NCBI RefSeq assembly: GCF_006345805.1 | Contig: NC_043012.1 | Span: 23,746,001 to 23,810,000, forward strand | DNA from: Octopus sinensis | Lineage: Eukaryota | Length of the DNA stretch: 64,000 nt | Direction: 5' to 3' | Shown here: positions 13,271 through 26,083 of the stretch, one piece after another | Layout of the letters: every line of letters begins with the position of its first letter | How positions within the stretch are numbered: the first letter of the stretch is position 1 | Made by a program: the position numbers and the translations under genes | The notes under the pieces: model-generated | The model's input: the letters and a program-made list of their open reading frames with translations, nothing else | Databases searched by the model: none | What the model was told of the DNA's origin: nothing

Positions 13271-14785
13271 TATTCATATATACATATATAAATATACATA
13301 CACTTAGAAATACAAATATACTTCGAAAAGCACTTTTAAAACGGAGGAGGGGGAATACTTTTGAAAATCTTTATATATCTTCCATTGATGTTTCTAGAGA
13401 AAGAATTCTTGTTCAGTTCATGTTAATAAAAATTGGAGTAGGTTTCTGTGTGAACTTGTAAGATGGGGAGAGGAAGTCTGTGAGTATGGCTTGGCAAATA
13501 GGAAAAAATGGCGGTAATGACTGCAGTTTGAAAAGAGACAAAGATAGCAGCAGTTGTATTTCTTGGTGATTGTTTGATCTAAATATATAGCGTGAGAAAA
13601 GAAAAGGTACCTTTTGTTAGTAGTGCTGTTAGCTACCATAAAAGAGAGGAACAATAATGTAAAGGTGGCTGGAAGAAGTCTGTGAAATGCCGCCAGGCTT
13701 GCATATGGCTACGTAAAAATGATTGCTGAAAACCATGTTCTATAAGGAAGACAATAGGTCACGAGGGTGAGAGAGAGAGAGAGAGAAAGAAAGAGAGAGA
13801 GAGAGGGAGAGAAAGGAGACAAAAAAGTATGATATATAAGTAAAAAAATCAAGATTATCCAGCCTGGGGACAAAGTTATGGCAAAAGAAAATGAGAAGAA
13901 TGAATTGAAGACAAAGAGAAACACCCTCAGGCAAAGTCATTAACTGCAATAAAGAAGATCTGATTCTTGAAGATTACCATTTGGTCATTTCTACACAGCC
14001 ATTGGTAAAGCCAGCCATCATCTTACAAACTGCCCTCTTAACAGAGTTCTATATGATAATTACCAAACTCTGATAGCTTAATTTTCTTCTTTTACACTTT
14101 CTTTCTTTTTTTTTTTTGTTCAATTTGTTTGTTCAGATAGTTATTGCTTGTAACAGATTGATTGGGTATAGAAAAAGACTGTTGAATAAATCATCAAAAC
14201 TTAAGATTCCATTGCCAATTTGCTGTGACCCCACCATTAACAGATCAATAATAAGGGTTCAATAAAGCAATAAAAGATTACATGAATTCGCTTCATTCAA
14301 AAGTCCAAAACTGGTGGTGGACGATGCCAAACATAATTTCAAGTTTTCTTTATTCAAAATTGACCGATAATGTGTAAACTGCTGAGTGCATCAGGGAAAA
14401 TGCACGTATGTGCAATACAAGCAATGTCAACAAATGTGTTGAGTTTATATATGTATAGGGAAACGGTTTCGAGAAAGTTGTCCAACTTGAAGAGACTAAA
14501 CTTTGAATAAAGAACACAATTATAGCTTATCGAGACTACAAAATGCTGATATCAACAATGTGCATTTTAACGATGGTAACTAACTACTTCTGGATTGGAA
14601 ATTATCATTGCAAAAGCTTAACATTTCTCAGTCTTGTTAATTTCTATTGCTTTGAGGTTGTCCAATAATTACTGAAAATATAAAAAGTTTCAAGAACTTC
14701 CTCGGAAGAAAGTTGTTCAAAGTGATTGAGAAAAAGTTATGCACAGTAAGAGGCAAATATCTAGTAAAGGTCTTAGTTTCAATAC

Positions 14786-14806
14786 CTGATAGGAACTATT
14801 TCATTT
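14786..14806 (-). CDS. Candidate 21-nt micro-exon (phase 2-2, xNEIVPIx)
   Basis: ttagttacatttcag acceptor and CAG/gtattg donor. The only open frame is phase 2, matching exon 28863-28934. Confidence 0.25.
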
Positions 14807-15354
14807 CTGAAATGTAACTAATATCTTTAGGAGAAGTATTAATATAAAAAATTTGTATCAATGCCTGTAAAAGTTATAGCCTTCAGTTGTCTCAGAATTT
14901 AATAGTTTCACTCGGGGCAAGAAAAAAGAAAAAAAAAAAATTTGTTAATTATGATTGGATATTTTAAAAGATTCCAGCGAAGAGAAAATAGAAATTTCAA
15001 AACTCGAATACATTTTAGAACAAACTGAAACATTGAGCACATTTCTTATAAGTTGCCCAGTTTTTTTGCAAGGGAGATGAGGTTGATGTAAATTTATTGA
15101 TTGCTATAAACTTATTTTCTTTCATTAATTAATTATAGTCCATGATTAGCATGCTGGACAAAATGCTTAGTTGTATTTCTTCTGGCTCTTTACATTATGA
15201 GATCAAATCACACAAAGTGCAGCTTAGCCTTTCATCCTTCTGAAGTCGATAGAATAAAGCACTAGCCAAGCACTGATGTCAATGGAATCGGATAATGCCT
15301 CACCTTAAAATCTCAGACCTTGCACCAACATTTGAAAGAGTTATTTTAATATTC

Positions 15355-15530
15355 TTTTCTACTCTAGGCACAAGGCCTGAAATTTTGAGGGAGGGGGCCA
15401 GTCAATTAAATCGACCCCAGTACATAACTGGTACTCAATTTATTGACTCCGAAAGGCAAAGTCAACCTAAGTGGAATTTGAACTCAGAACGTAGCGACAG
15501 ACGAAATACCGTTAAGCATTTCGCTCGGCG
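15355..15530 (-). mobile_element. SINE family B
   Basis: ctactctaggcacaaggcctgaaattttg..atcgaccccagta..gaatttgaactcagaacg..aagcatttcgctcggcg. Confidence 0.85.
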
Positions 15531-16330
15531 AATTTTTATTTTCTATTGTTTGTAAATGAAATTCTATCAACAGAAGTGGATCTCATCAGTACATTGAATA
15601 TTGGGTTCTTTTGTTTGTTTGCTTAACATCCTTTTTTTACAATGCCAGCAAGGCTTGGGTGAGAACTGATTTTCAGGCAGGGTTTAAGAGTTAGAGGCTC
15701 TTATTGTGGCCACCCTACACCTGTTTTTCAAGTAAGGAACATTTACATTCCAAAAGTCTTCAAAAGTCAAGTACGCTGAGGCGACATGAACTGCAGTGCA
15801 ATGATCAACAGTACAATATACTGCTCATTTCAGTAACTGAACCCACAAGTTGTATGACTGACAACTCAACTTCCTAATCACTCGCCCAAACCCTTTCATA
15901 ACACTAATATTTTTTAATAGGGTAATCTCGATAGGCTTAACAACTCAAGTCTAAGTTATGTAAATACCCCTGATAGGAAAACTAGGCATGACTGTATGGT
16001 AAGAGGTTTGCTTCCCAACCACATGCTTCCAAGTTCAGTCCCACTGCATGGTACCTTGAGCAAGTGTCCTCTGCTATGTCCTCAGGTTGACCAATGCCTT
16101 GTGAGTGAATTTAGTAGACAGAAACTGAAAAAAGCCCATCATATATATATACATATATATACATATACATATATATATACACACATATATATATAGATAT
16201 ATATACATATACATATATATATAGATATATATACATATATATATATATAGATATATATACATATATATATATAGATATATATATATATATATGCATATAT
16301 ATATATAGATATATATATATATATATATGC

Positions 16331-16362
<32 letters not shown>

Positions 16363-17246
16363 TGCACATATACATATATATATGCACATATACATATTAT
16401 ATATATAATATATATATATTATATATATATATATATACATACATGCATATCATATGATCGACCACACAATTGGATGTTGTTATACATCACTGGTCACAAT
16501 GCACTTCTCATTGTTATAGCTTTTGAATGATGTCACCTTGCTGGTTAGGTGAACAGGAAGACTGATCTGCCAGAGGGTTATCCATTTACAGCTGAGTGGA
16601 CTGGAGCAACATGAAATGAAGTGTTTTGCTCAAGAACACAATGTGCTACTCAGTCCAGGAATGGAACTCATATCTATGTTGGTTTGTTTACGTCCCTGTA
16701 ATTTAGTGGTTTGCTAAAAGAGACCAGTAGAATAAGCACTGGATTAAAAAAAAATAAGTATGGGGGTGCGCAATTTGTTTGATTAAATGCATCAAGACGG
16801 TGCCCCAGCATGGACACAGTCCAATGACTGAAACAAGTAGAATATAAGAAAATGATACGAAAATTCAGGTACAATTATAAAATTATTTATCAAGTCCATA
16901 ATTGTAAAATGGTTGGTGAAAGCATTGGTAGCCAGCCATAGACACACAGCAAGAACACCAGCCGCTTCCTGCTGCTGCAGACACCAGTAAACAGTGAAGC
17001 ACAACAAGTGTACAACACTGTTGAAGATCTCTGTGCCTCATCCAAGAAACAAAAAAACAAAAGGTTGATAATGTCAACTAAAAAGAACCAAGTCTGGTAT
17101 TACTGCTGTGGTTAGGATTACACAAGTCGTAGTCTCTAAACGTACAATATTCATTGGACAGTACATTAGCAAACATATAAATATACAGCACCAGTCAACC
17201 CATATTTATAAACAAACAATAGTAATTGCTAAATATTTGTCTCTAT

Positions 17247-17582
17247 ATGTCTTCATGGACAGTGAGGCTCACCAATGGAGAAGTTCTTAAGCAGATCAGG
17301 TCGAAAATGTCGCTAGAAGCTAGGATCACGAAGCATAGATTGGCATATTTTGGTCATATTATGTGGAGAAAATCCCTGGAGAAGGACATCATGCTCGGAA
17401 TGGTCAGTGACAAGAGAGGAAGAGGCCGACCAAGAACCCGCTGGCTTGACACCACGAAGAGTGATACCGGAATGGACATAGCCAATCTGAAAGAAGTGGC
17501 CCAGGATAGAACTGACTGGAGGATACTGATCCATCGAGTAACTGAGAGTCGACTTCGACTGAGCGGATAAATAGATAGATAG
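17247..17582 (+). mobile_element. 3' end of RTE (BovB-like) LINE
   Basis: SWTVRLTNGEVLKQI..SLEARITKHRLAYFGHIM..SLEKDIMLGMVSDKRGRGRPRTRWLD..DRTDWRILIHRVTESRLRLSG* followed by (ATAG)n tail. Confidence 0.92.
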
Positions 17583-17820
17583 TCTTCATGTATATTATAA
17601 TTCAACAATGACTGACTGTATACGTTATTACAGCTGGTCAATAGTCTGGCTTTTATATTTTCACCAATGCATGTCAGTTAAAATTTATAAGATATTTTTT
17701 CTTATCCAATTTTCCATTCTTTCCATATTTTTCTGTACACAAATGATTTTTCAGCCCAATATTTATATGCCACTATTCATAGCTTTATATAGGTCTTGAG
17801 ATCCCATTCCAAAAATGAAT

Positions 17821-17875
<55 letters not shown>

Positions 17876-17877
<2 letters not shown>

Positions 17878-18243
17878 TGCGAGCATGGCTGTGTGGTAAG
17901 GACCACATAGTTCTGGGTTCAGTCCCTCTGCGTGCACCTAAGCAAGTGTCTTTCTACCATAGTCTCGGGCCAACCAAAAACTTGTGAGTGGGTTTGGCAG
18001 ATGGAAGTTGAAAGAAGCCCATTGTATATCTATGTGTGTGTGTGTGAGTGCTTGTGCCCCACCGCCGCTTGACAACTGGTGTTGGTTTGTTTACATCCCT
18101 GTAATCTAGCAGTTCAGCAAAAAGAGACACGTACAAGAAGCACCAAGCTAAAAAAAAAAAAGAAAAGTATTAGTGTCAATTCATTTGACAAAAAGTTCTT
18201 CAAGGCGGTGCCCCAGCATGGCCACAGTCTAATGACTGAAAAA
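17876..18243 (+). mobile_element. SINE family A
   Basis: catggctgtgtggtaag head; ggcggtgccccagcatggccacagtc near 3' end. Confidence 0.85.
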
Positions 18244-18308
18244 CACACATATAAATATGACATATATGTAAATATCTTGGCAAAAATGAGTAGTTCCTCA
18301 GAGTTTCA

Positions 18309-18722
18309 CTCTTTACTCTTTTACTTGCTTCAGTCATTTGACTGTGGCCATGCTGGAGCACCGCCTTTAGTCGAGAAAATCGACCCCATGACTTATTCTT
18401 TGTAAGCCTAGTACTTATTCTATCGGTCTCTTTTGCCGAACCGCTAAGTTACGGAGACATAAACACACCAGCATCGGTTGTCAAGCGATGTTGGGGGGGA
18501 CAAACACAGACGCACAAACATACACACACACACACACATATATATATATACATATATACGACGGGCTTCTTTCAGTTTCCATCTACCAAATCCACTCACA
18601 AGGCTTTGGTCGGCCCGAGGCTATAGTAGAAGACACTTGCCCAAGGTACCACGCAGTGGGACTGAACCCGGAACCATGTGATTGGTAAGCAAGCTACTTA
18701 CCACACAGCCACTCCTACGCCT
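18309..18722 (-). mobile_element. SINE family A, near-intact
   Basis: Reverse complement of 12618-13023 over its full length. Confidence 0.92.
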
Positions 18723-19141
18723 ACCGTTCAGTTCTCAAATAACTCTCTGACAAATGCGAATATAAAATTCCATGTAACAGTCCTGTGATAATTTTGTAGC
18801 TTTAATAAAAAGCATATTATTCTACCTTTGGTATTCAAGAACTATTTTTGCCACTGTCTTTTGCCCTTATGCGCTCACCAGTGTGTGTGTGTATATATAT
18901 ATATATATACCGGAGTAAACAAATCCACTCACAAGGCTTTGGTCGGCCTGAGGCTATGGTAGAAGACACTTGCCGAAGGTGCCATGCAATGGGACTGAAC
19001 CCGGAACCATGTGGTTGGTAAGCAAGCTACTTATCACACAGCCAATGAACGGGAACGTGAAATTCAGAGTAACAGGTTTTGTTGAATTTTCTGCTTCTTT
19101 AAATAAAGTAATATATATATATATATACATATATATATACA

Positions 19142-19610
19142 CAGGGTGCGATGAACTAGCTGTCATGTAAATTATGAAAAAATGAAAATAACACTGACAT
19201 CTCATTTTAACAAATATATTTACCAAAACTGCATAAAAATATCTTGAAATACTAAAGAGTAAATTTATTCAATTTATTCATTGGCTTCAACTACAGCCAT
19301 CAGACAACTTTGGAATCTCCTGAAAATTTTCTGGACACTCTCTTTGTCTAAGTGGGTGAATACTGCCATAATCCTTGCCTTCAGTTCATCTTTGGTGTCA
19401 CAAGCAGTTTTGTTGGTCTCTTGCACAACTGTGCCCCATACTGATAATCAAGTGGGGTTACAGTTTGAGAAGTTAGGCGCCAATGTTTAGGGGTGATGTA
19501 ATTGCAGAAATTGTCCAACAGCCATGACTGGGTTTTCTTGCTTGTGTGGCATGGTGCAGATTCCTGTTGCCAAACAAAAGGTCTTACAGCAGCCACCCTC
19601 TTGAACTAAG
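19142..19610 (-). mobile_element. Tc1/mariner-superfamily transposase C-terminal relic with terminus
   Basis: Minus strand with frameshift: AAVRPFVWQQESAPCHTSKKTQSWLLDNF..TPKHW..PNxSxCNPLDY..WGTVVQETNKTACDTKDELKARIMAVF..FQSCLMAVVEANE; cagggtg end next to TA repeats. Confidence 0.85.
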
Positions 19611-19780
19611 GGAACACTACCTCCTGTGAATTGTTTCATGGTGCTGTTTTTCTCACAGATGATACCCGACTGACCCTACTATACTGAGTAGTCAACAACA
19701 TCAAATAATGTGCATGCAAGAAATTGAAAATATAAAATGACGATTTACCCATCACACCTTGTGTGTGTCCATGTATATAT

Positions 19781-19970
19781 ATAGTCGCCATGATAGATCG
19801 TTAGCCACTACACACATTTTTTTCTCTCCTTGTTTTTTTCTGTGTACCTTTCTGTAGAAGAGCGTAGGCTCGAAACGTAAAAGACTTTTTCTATTCCTGA
19901 GCGTTATACTAATAAATCTGTTTGTTTTGTACACCACCTGTCTTCGTCTTTTGTTTTTTTTGTAAACTTT

Positions 19971-19971
<1 letters not shown>
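19781..19971 (+). mobile_element. Probable Penelope-type terminal-repeat fragment carrying a hammerhead-like core
   Basis: cttt CTGTAGA a GAGC gtag GCTC GAAAC GTA aaag at 19848-19883; family assignment is inference. Confidence 0.45.
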
Positions 19972-20022
<51 letters not shown>

Positions 20023-20315
20023 TCAGATAGATATTTACATACATGTTGATAGATAGATAGATAGATAGATAGTCACATAGATGTCTGCAATATATGTGTT
20101 TGTGTGTAGATATTTAGATATTTACATATGTTTGTAACAGTGTGTGTGAGTGTATATTAGAGAGTGTGTGTGTACAATGAAAGGCTTGCATAAAGACAGA
20201 GATAGGTGTATGTTGAATTGATTCAAGAAAAGGAGACATACATATATATATATATATATAATATATTTATGTAGGATATATATTATATATATATATATTA
20301 TATATATATATATTG

Positions 20316-20374
<59 letters not shown>

Positions 20375-20616
20375 TATATATATCATCATCATCATCATCG
20401 TCGTTTAACGTCCGTTCTCCATGCTATCATGGTTGGACTAACATGGTTTGGACTATATATATATATAATATATATATATATATATTATATATGTATATAT
20501 ATATATATTATATATATATAATATATATATATTATATGTATATATATGTATATGTATATATATATATATGTATATATATATGTATATATATATATACAAA
20601 TATTATATTATGTTAC

Positions 20617-20652
<36 letters not shown>

Positions 20653-20954
20653 CATATATATATAAAGCATAAAAATGATTAATCATATAACATTACCAGC
20701 GATATTTACCTTACAGGGAATTTCAAATCACAATGAGAGAGAAAACAAAATGAAACAATAAAATAAACAAAACGAAGAGACGACAATAAAAGCAAAACAG
20801 TACCAACAAAAAGGAGAGCAAAATGAAATAAATTCTCAAAGACAATAGTGAAAACAGCAGCAATAAAATAACAGACATAACGAGAGTGAATTTGTGAATA
20901 ATTATGAATTGGATATCTGTGTTATTTTGAGGAAACAAAATATGTATGCAAGCC

Positions 20955-20993
<39 letters not shown>

Positions 20994-20995
20994 TA

Positions 20996-21029
<34 letters not shown>

Positions 21030-21100
21030 CATATATATACACATACACAACTGCAAGGAGTAACTCATTATATGAAATTTTGTTTTCATACTTTATTTAT

Positions 21101-21153
<53 letters not shown>

Positions 21154-21521
21154 ATACACAACTGCAAGGAGTAAACTCATTTATGAAATTTTGTTTTCAT
21201 ACTTTATTTATATAAATATATATATATATATATATACCCACACACACACATATATATTATATAGATATAGATACAAATGTGTGTTTTGTTATGTTGATGT
21301 CCTATTTATTGTTAATGTCAAAGTATGTTACTTTTTTCACTACATTGTTCCTTTTGAACACAAAGAGGCATGTGTGTGTGTGTGTGTGGTGTGGTGCGCG
21401 GCGCACGGGGGAGGGAGTCATCACTGTGTAGTTAAGACGTTTCCTTCCCATGAAGTGGTTCTTGGTTCAGTCCCATTGCACAGCACCTCGGGCAAGTGTT
21501 ATATATATATATATATAATAT

Positions 21522-21575
<54 letters not shown>

Positions 21576-21726
21576 CATATATACATATAAACATTATATA
21601 TATATATATATATAAACATTATATATATACATACATATAAACATATATATATATATGCATGTGTCTGTATATATATACATATAAACACATATATATATGT
21701 GTATATATATATATATACCTACACAT

Positions 21727-21768
<42 letters not shown>

Positions 21769-22061
21769 CTTGTATATATATATATATATGAATATATAAT
21801 TAGTAATAAATATTAGGGAATAAATCCAAACTTACAGGGAAAAATCAGATTTAGGATTGAATCCAATTTATAGTAAAATATTATATTATATAAATTAGAG
21901 ACAAAACCACTATTATGCAATCAAACAAACAAAGAAAGACTTAATCCAATACATAAATTAATTTATATAATTTAGAATTTAACAATTATTAATATCCACT
22001 ACGATCGTTTCGTGTCTTCTTTTCATCACATCTTTGGGTAGTACACTTGTGTATATATTAT

Positions 22062-22103
<42 letters not shown>

Positions 22104-22200
22104 TATACATGTATTATATATTTATATATACATATGTTGTGTATATATACATATAAACATATATATATATATATGTGTGTGTGTGTATATATATATATAT

Positions 22201-23120
22201 ATAGTATTGGACAAAATAATGGAAACAGCAGTGCTTGTGTTACTGTATTTTCTAATCAAGATTAGTCCTTTATAACAATTTGAATTGCATTGCTGACAGT
22301 TTGGTCCCAATATCTTATTGTTTTTAAACATCTAGGCTCCAACATGTTATTGTTTTAAGAGAATTTCATTTATACATAATAAAATGTGTGGCCTTAATGA
22401 ATTTCAGAGAGGGCAAATTGTTGGAGCTGAAATGACAGGAGCCTTAACCCTTTAGTGTTCACATTATTCTACCAAAATTAATGCTTTTTCACTCACATTG
22501 CCTTGAACTAATCAGGCATTAACTTGTAGCTTTGAGATTTTGATGAGGTAGCTGTTAATTTTTAAAACCATATTGTAGGGTTGGTGTGAGAGACCAGATC
22601 TGGCCATTTTGAACATAAAACAGGCAGAATACTTTTGGCCGGATATGGCCAGTTTAAATGCTAAAGGGTTAATCACTAGAACTGCAGAATTATTCTATGT
22701 TTTGAGAGGTACTGTCTCTAGAATTATGACAGCATTCCAAAAACAAGGGAAAATGAGTTCTGTAAAACATGATTCCAATCAGGAGTGTGTACTCTCAGAA
22801 AGGGATGGTAGAGCACGGAAAAGCAATGTCTCCAAAAATCATAGAACTACTAGAATGAAAGTGACTGCTAAGTAGAATGAACACCTTGGAAATTCAGTGT
22901 TGACCAAAACTATTCATTGTGATCTCCATAGTGCTGGATATCAAGAGAGTGCTGCTATGGCAAAAACCTATCCTTTCTGCCATCAATATGGGGAATAAAA
23001 ATTGTAATGACCATCAGAAGTGGTCAATGGGTCAATGGAAAAAATCTCCTTGCCTTGCATGATTTTCCCAAGTTCAAGATAGGTTTCCATCTGGAGGCAG
23101 CTCAAAGAAACTTATCATGG
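22201..23120 (+). mobile_element. Tc1-like transposon relic (5' terminus plus N-terminal transposase), interrupted by a MITE
   Basis: Starts atagtattggacaaaataatggaaaca. From 22384: MCGLNEFQRGQIVGAEMTGA[MITE]LITRTAELFYVLRGTVSRIMTAFQKQGKMSSVKH..LSERDGRA..VSKNHRTT..KVTAK*NEHLGNSVLTKTIH..CNDHQKWSMGQWKK..FPSSR*VSIWRQLKE. Confidence 0.88.
22448..22668 (+). mobile_element. piggyBac-type MITE family 2, 221 bp, TTAA TSD
   Basis: TTAA (22444-47) CCCTTTAG...CTAAAGGG TTAA (22669-72). Removing it restores the Tc1 reading. A degraded partial copy lies on the opposite strand at ~49320-49475. Confidence 0.88.
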
Positions 23121-23230
23121 TAAAGGTGAGGGTTGGCAACAGGAAAAGTATCCGTTTGTTAAAAAGATCTACCTCTGCAAATTCTTTCTGAACAATGCAG
23201 GCATGGGTTGGACGTATATCTCTCTCTCTC

Positions 23231-23277
<47 letters not shown>

Positions 23278-23331
23278 ATATATACACATACATAAATATG
23301 TTTTATATATATATATATACATAAATATGTT

Positions 23332-23367
<36 letters not shown>

Positions 23368-23515
23368 CATAATATGTTATATATATATATATATATATAT
23401 ATACATAATATATTTATATATAATATATATATATATATATATAATGTATATATATATAGATACATACATGTTATATATATGGTAAATATATATATGTGTG
23501 TGTACAATATATATA

Positions 23516-23556
<41 letters not shown>

Positions 23557-23607
23557 GTGTGTGTATATTTATCCACATACACACAAACATGCATACATAT
23601 ATGCATG

Positions 23608-23690
<83 letters not shown>

Positions 23691-24710
23691 CACACTCACA
23701 CATACAGAAACACACACAAAGAAATGGAAAAGATAGATGTAGACATAAGGGATATTGATTATTCCAATTCAATTTATTCAAGGAATTGTCTAAAGAGAGA
23801 TGAGTTTTATTTTGGTAAGCAAAACAAAACCTTTCAAAAATGGGAGGGAATACAACACAAAAAGTTAAAAAAAAAAGCAATGCAGAAGAGTTATTCACAC
23901 ACAGACACACACACACATATATATGTATATATATATATATGCATGCATGTATGTATGTATGTATATATTACATCTATATTTTGTATTTCTATATTTCATT
24001 GAATCTACAGCTAAACTACCAATAATATTTGTTAAACATTCATTGTGATGCTAACAGAAATAATTACTAACCTAATGTTTTTGTGGGTTTTTTAAGGGTC
24101 ATATTTTTGATTTTTTGCCTTTATTCAAATCAGGGGAGTATGGGGGGGAAAGGAGAACAGGAGTAACTCCGAAGGAGCTGGATAAAATGCAAATAACAAA
24201 ATTATCCTCACCAAACAAAGAAAAACAAAACAAAACAAAACTGCAAAACGAGAAAAAAAAAAACGAAAACGTTTCACAAATAAAATATAACAAAAAAAAT
24301 TTAAGAATGACAAAAAAGTAGATAAATAAAATTAATAAAATAATGAAAGTATAAGAAAGGAGGGGGTGTGGTGTGTGTGGGAGGGGGAAAACCCGAGCTG
24401 CCTAAAGAACGGTATTGTTTAATGTTTATTTATAAAGAATACTAACTGAAAGTATAAGAATAGTGCATAAAAAAAAAAAAAAAAGAGTAGGGGGAGAGAA
24501 AAATCAGCCACCTTCACAGAAATAATAAAGTGTGGGAAGGGTGGAAATGGTTGGGGGATAAAGAAATAAATAATCCAGGTAGGGAATCAACTATTTTCAC
24601 GTTTCTCCCCATGTACAACTGCTCCTTTTTCTCCGCCCTTGCCCCCCGTTTTTTTCTGTCTCTCTTCCATCCTCTTCCTTTCCTGTTCCTTCTTGCCAAC
24701 CTGTTCTTAC

Positions 24711-24740
24711 CTTGTAAAATAATGGATGAAAATGTTGTTC
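24711..24740 (-). CDS. Candidate 30-nt exon (phase 2 reading xNNIFIHYFTR); unspliced read-through gives an immediate stop
   Basis: Acceptor ttttctttttgtttatgttaaaatttgtctataatctcag, donor AAG/gtaaga, symmetric length, AATAAA on minus at 24425-24430. Confidence 0.4.
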
Positions 24741-25400
24741 CTGAGATTATAGACAAATTTTAACATAAACAAAAAGAAAAACCCAGAAAGTCTATCTGTG
24801 TGTGTTTGTGTGTGTGTGTGTGTGTGGGGGGGGGGGGTGTACGCATATATAAATGCACATATGTATATTTATAGACACACATAAAATAGATAGATAGATA
24901 GATGCATGCAGATGTATATATATATGTACAAATATAGCAATATACTAAAATTCAATTATTCAAATGATTGTCAGTAAAACAAATAGAGAACAAAAAAAGG
25001 TAAAAAAAAATAGATAAAAAAAATAAAATAAAATAAAACCATGAAAATAGAAATTAAAAATGAGTGACAGAAATTACAATGGTAAACAAGTCATGAAAAT
25101 TAAAAAGTAAATAAATATATATAAAATTGAAACGATGATTATGATAATTAATTTTTTAATATAGATGGATAGCTAGCTGAGCATTGTGAGAGAAGGAGTG
25201 CTTGACGGCTACTTTATTTTATCAATGCACCCAACCCCTGATGAATAAAAGACAAAATCATTTCAGGTGGATTTGAACTCTGTATTATAATAAAAGAAGT
25301 GTAATTAAATGTAACACAATATTTTTTGGCTTGAATTCTAGTGATTCTTCCTTAGATGCTGTTTATCCACTGTCATAATAATAATAATGATAATAATAAT

Positions 25401-25816
25401 AATACTTGTTGTCATAGGTGCCCTGGGAATGATAGCAGACTAAAACAATACCTGTTGTCATAAGGTGTCCTGGGAATGATAGCAAAAGGGGCTGATTGTT
25501 ACCTAACTCAGATACCAGGAAACCCCAAAATGGCAGAAATTCAAAAGATAGTGCTCATGGGAACTGCTCATATCCTACGCAAAATACTTTCTTTGTAATC
25601 TCAAGTTTTAAAACAAACATAATTTTTGTATGGTTTTTTTTAGGCATTCACTAGTACAACACTAAGTACAAAACCAAATATATGGCACCCTAGGCATAAC
25701 ACCAACACGAACTTCCAACTTGTTGTCTCTTGAGGTCTCTGGGTGAGACTTGGAGCCAGCTTGTGTAAATGTAAAGCAAAAGTCAAACATAGAATAATAA
25801 TAATAATAATAATAAT
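25401..25816 (+). mobile_element. 5'-truncated R4/Dong-like retrotransposon 3' end within a (TAA)n array
   Basis: KTIPVVI(x)VLGMIAKGADCYLTQIPGNPKMAEIQKIVLMGTAHILRKILSL*, ~200-nt UTR, (TAA)n on both sides. Confidence 0.85.
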
Positions 25817-26021
25817 CCTACTATAAGTACAAGGCCTGAAATTTGGTGGAAGGGATAATCAATTACATCAACCCCAGTGTTTCACTGATAGTTAATTTAT
25901 TGACCCCAAAAGGATTAAAGGTAAAGTTGACCTTGGTAGAGTTTGAACTCAGAACATAAAGATGGACAACATGCTGCCAAGCATTTTCCCAGCATGCCAA
26001 TGGTTCTGCCAGCTCACCACC

Positions 26022-26022
<1 letters not shown>
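25817..26022 (-). mobile_element. SINE family B (another copy at ~26661-26835)
   Basis: tactataagtacaaggcctgaaattt..tttgaactcagaac..ctgccagctcaccacc. Confidence 0.8.
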
Positions 26023-26067
<45 letters not shown>

Positions 26068-26083
26068 TAATAATAATAATAAT

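Noticed and set aside
14460-14520. VVQLEETKL resembling the Merlin/IS1016 VxIDE motif
   Set aside because: A single short motif; flanking frames gave no further transposase motifs
21037-21215. ~110-bp local duplication (similar ones at 43930-44050 and 62150-62410)
   Set aside because: Microsatellite-bounded slippage duplications with no evident function; ordinary in this genome
21995-22035. Minus-strand TGATGA..GAAACGATCGTA hammerhead-like words
   Set aside because: C3 missing, and stems I and II do not pair; at best a heavily decayed relic
24514-24756. Lys/Arg-rich minus ORF (80 aa)
   Set aside because: Arises from a pyrimidine-rich low-complexity tract; only the 30-nt exon has splice support
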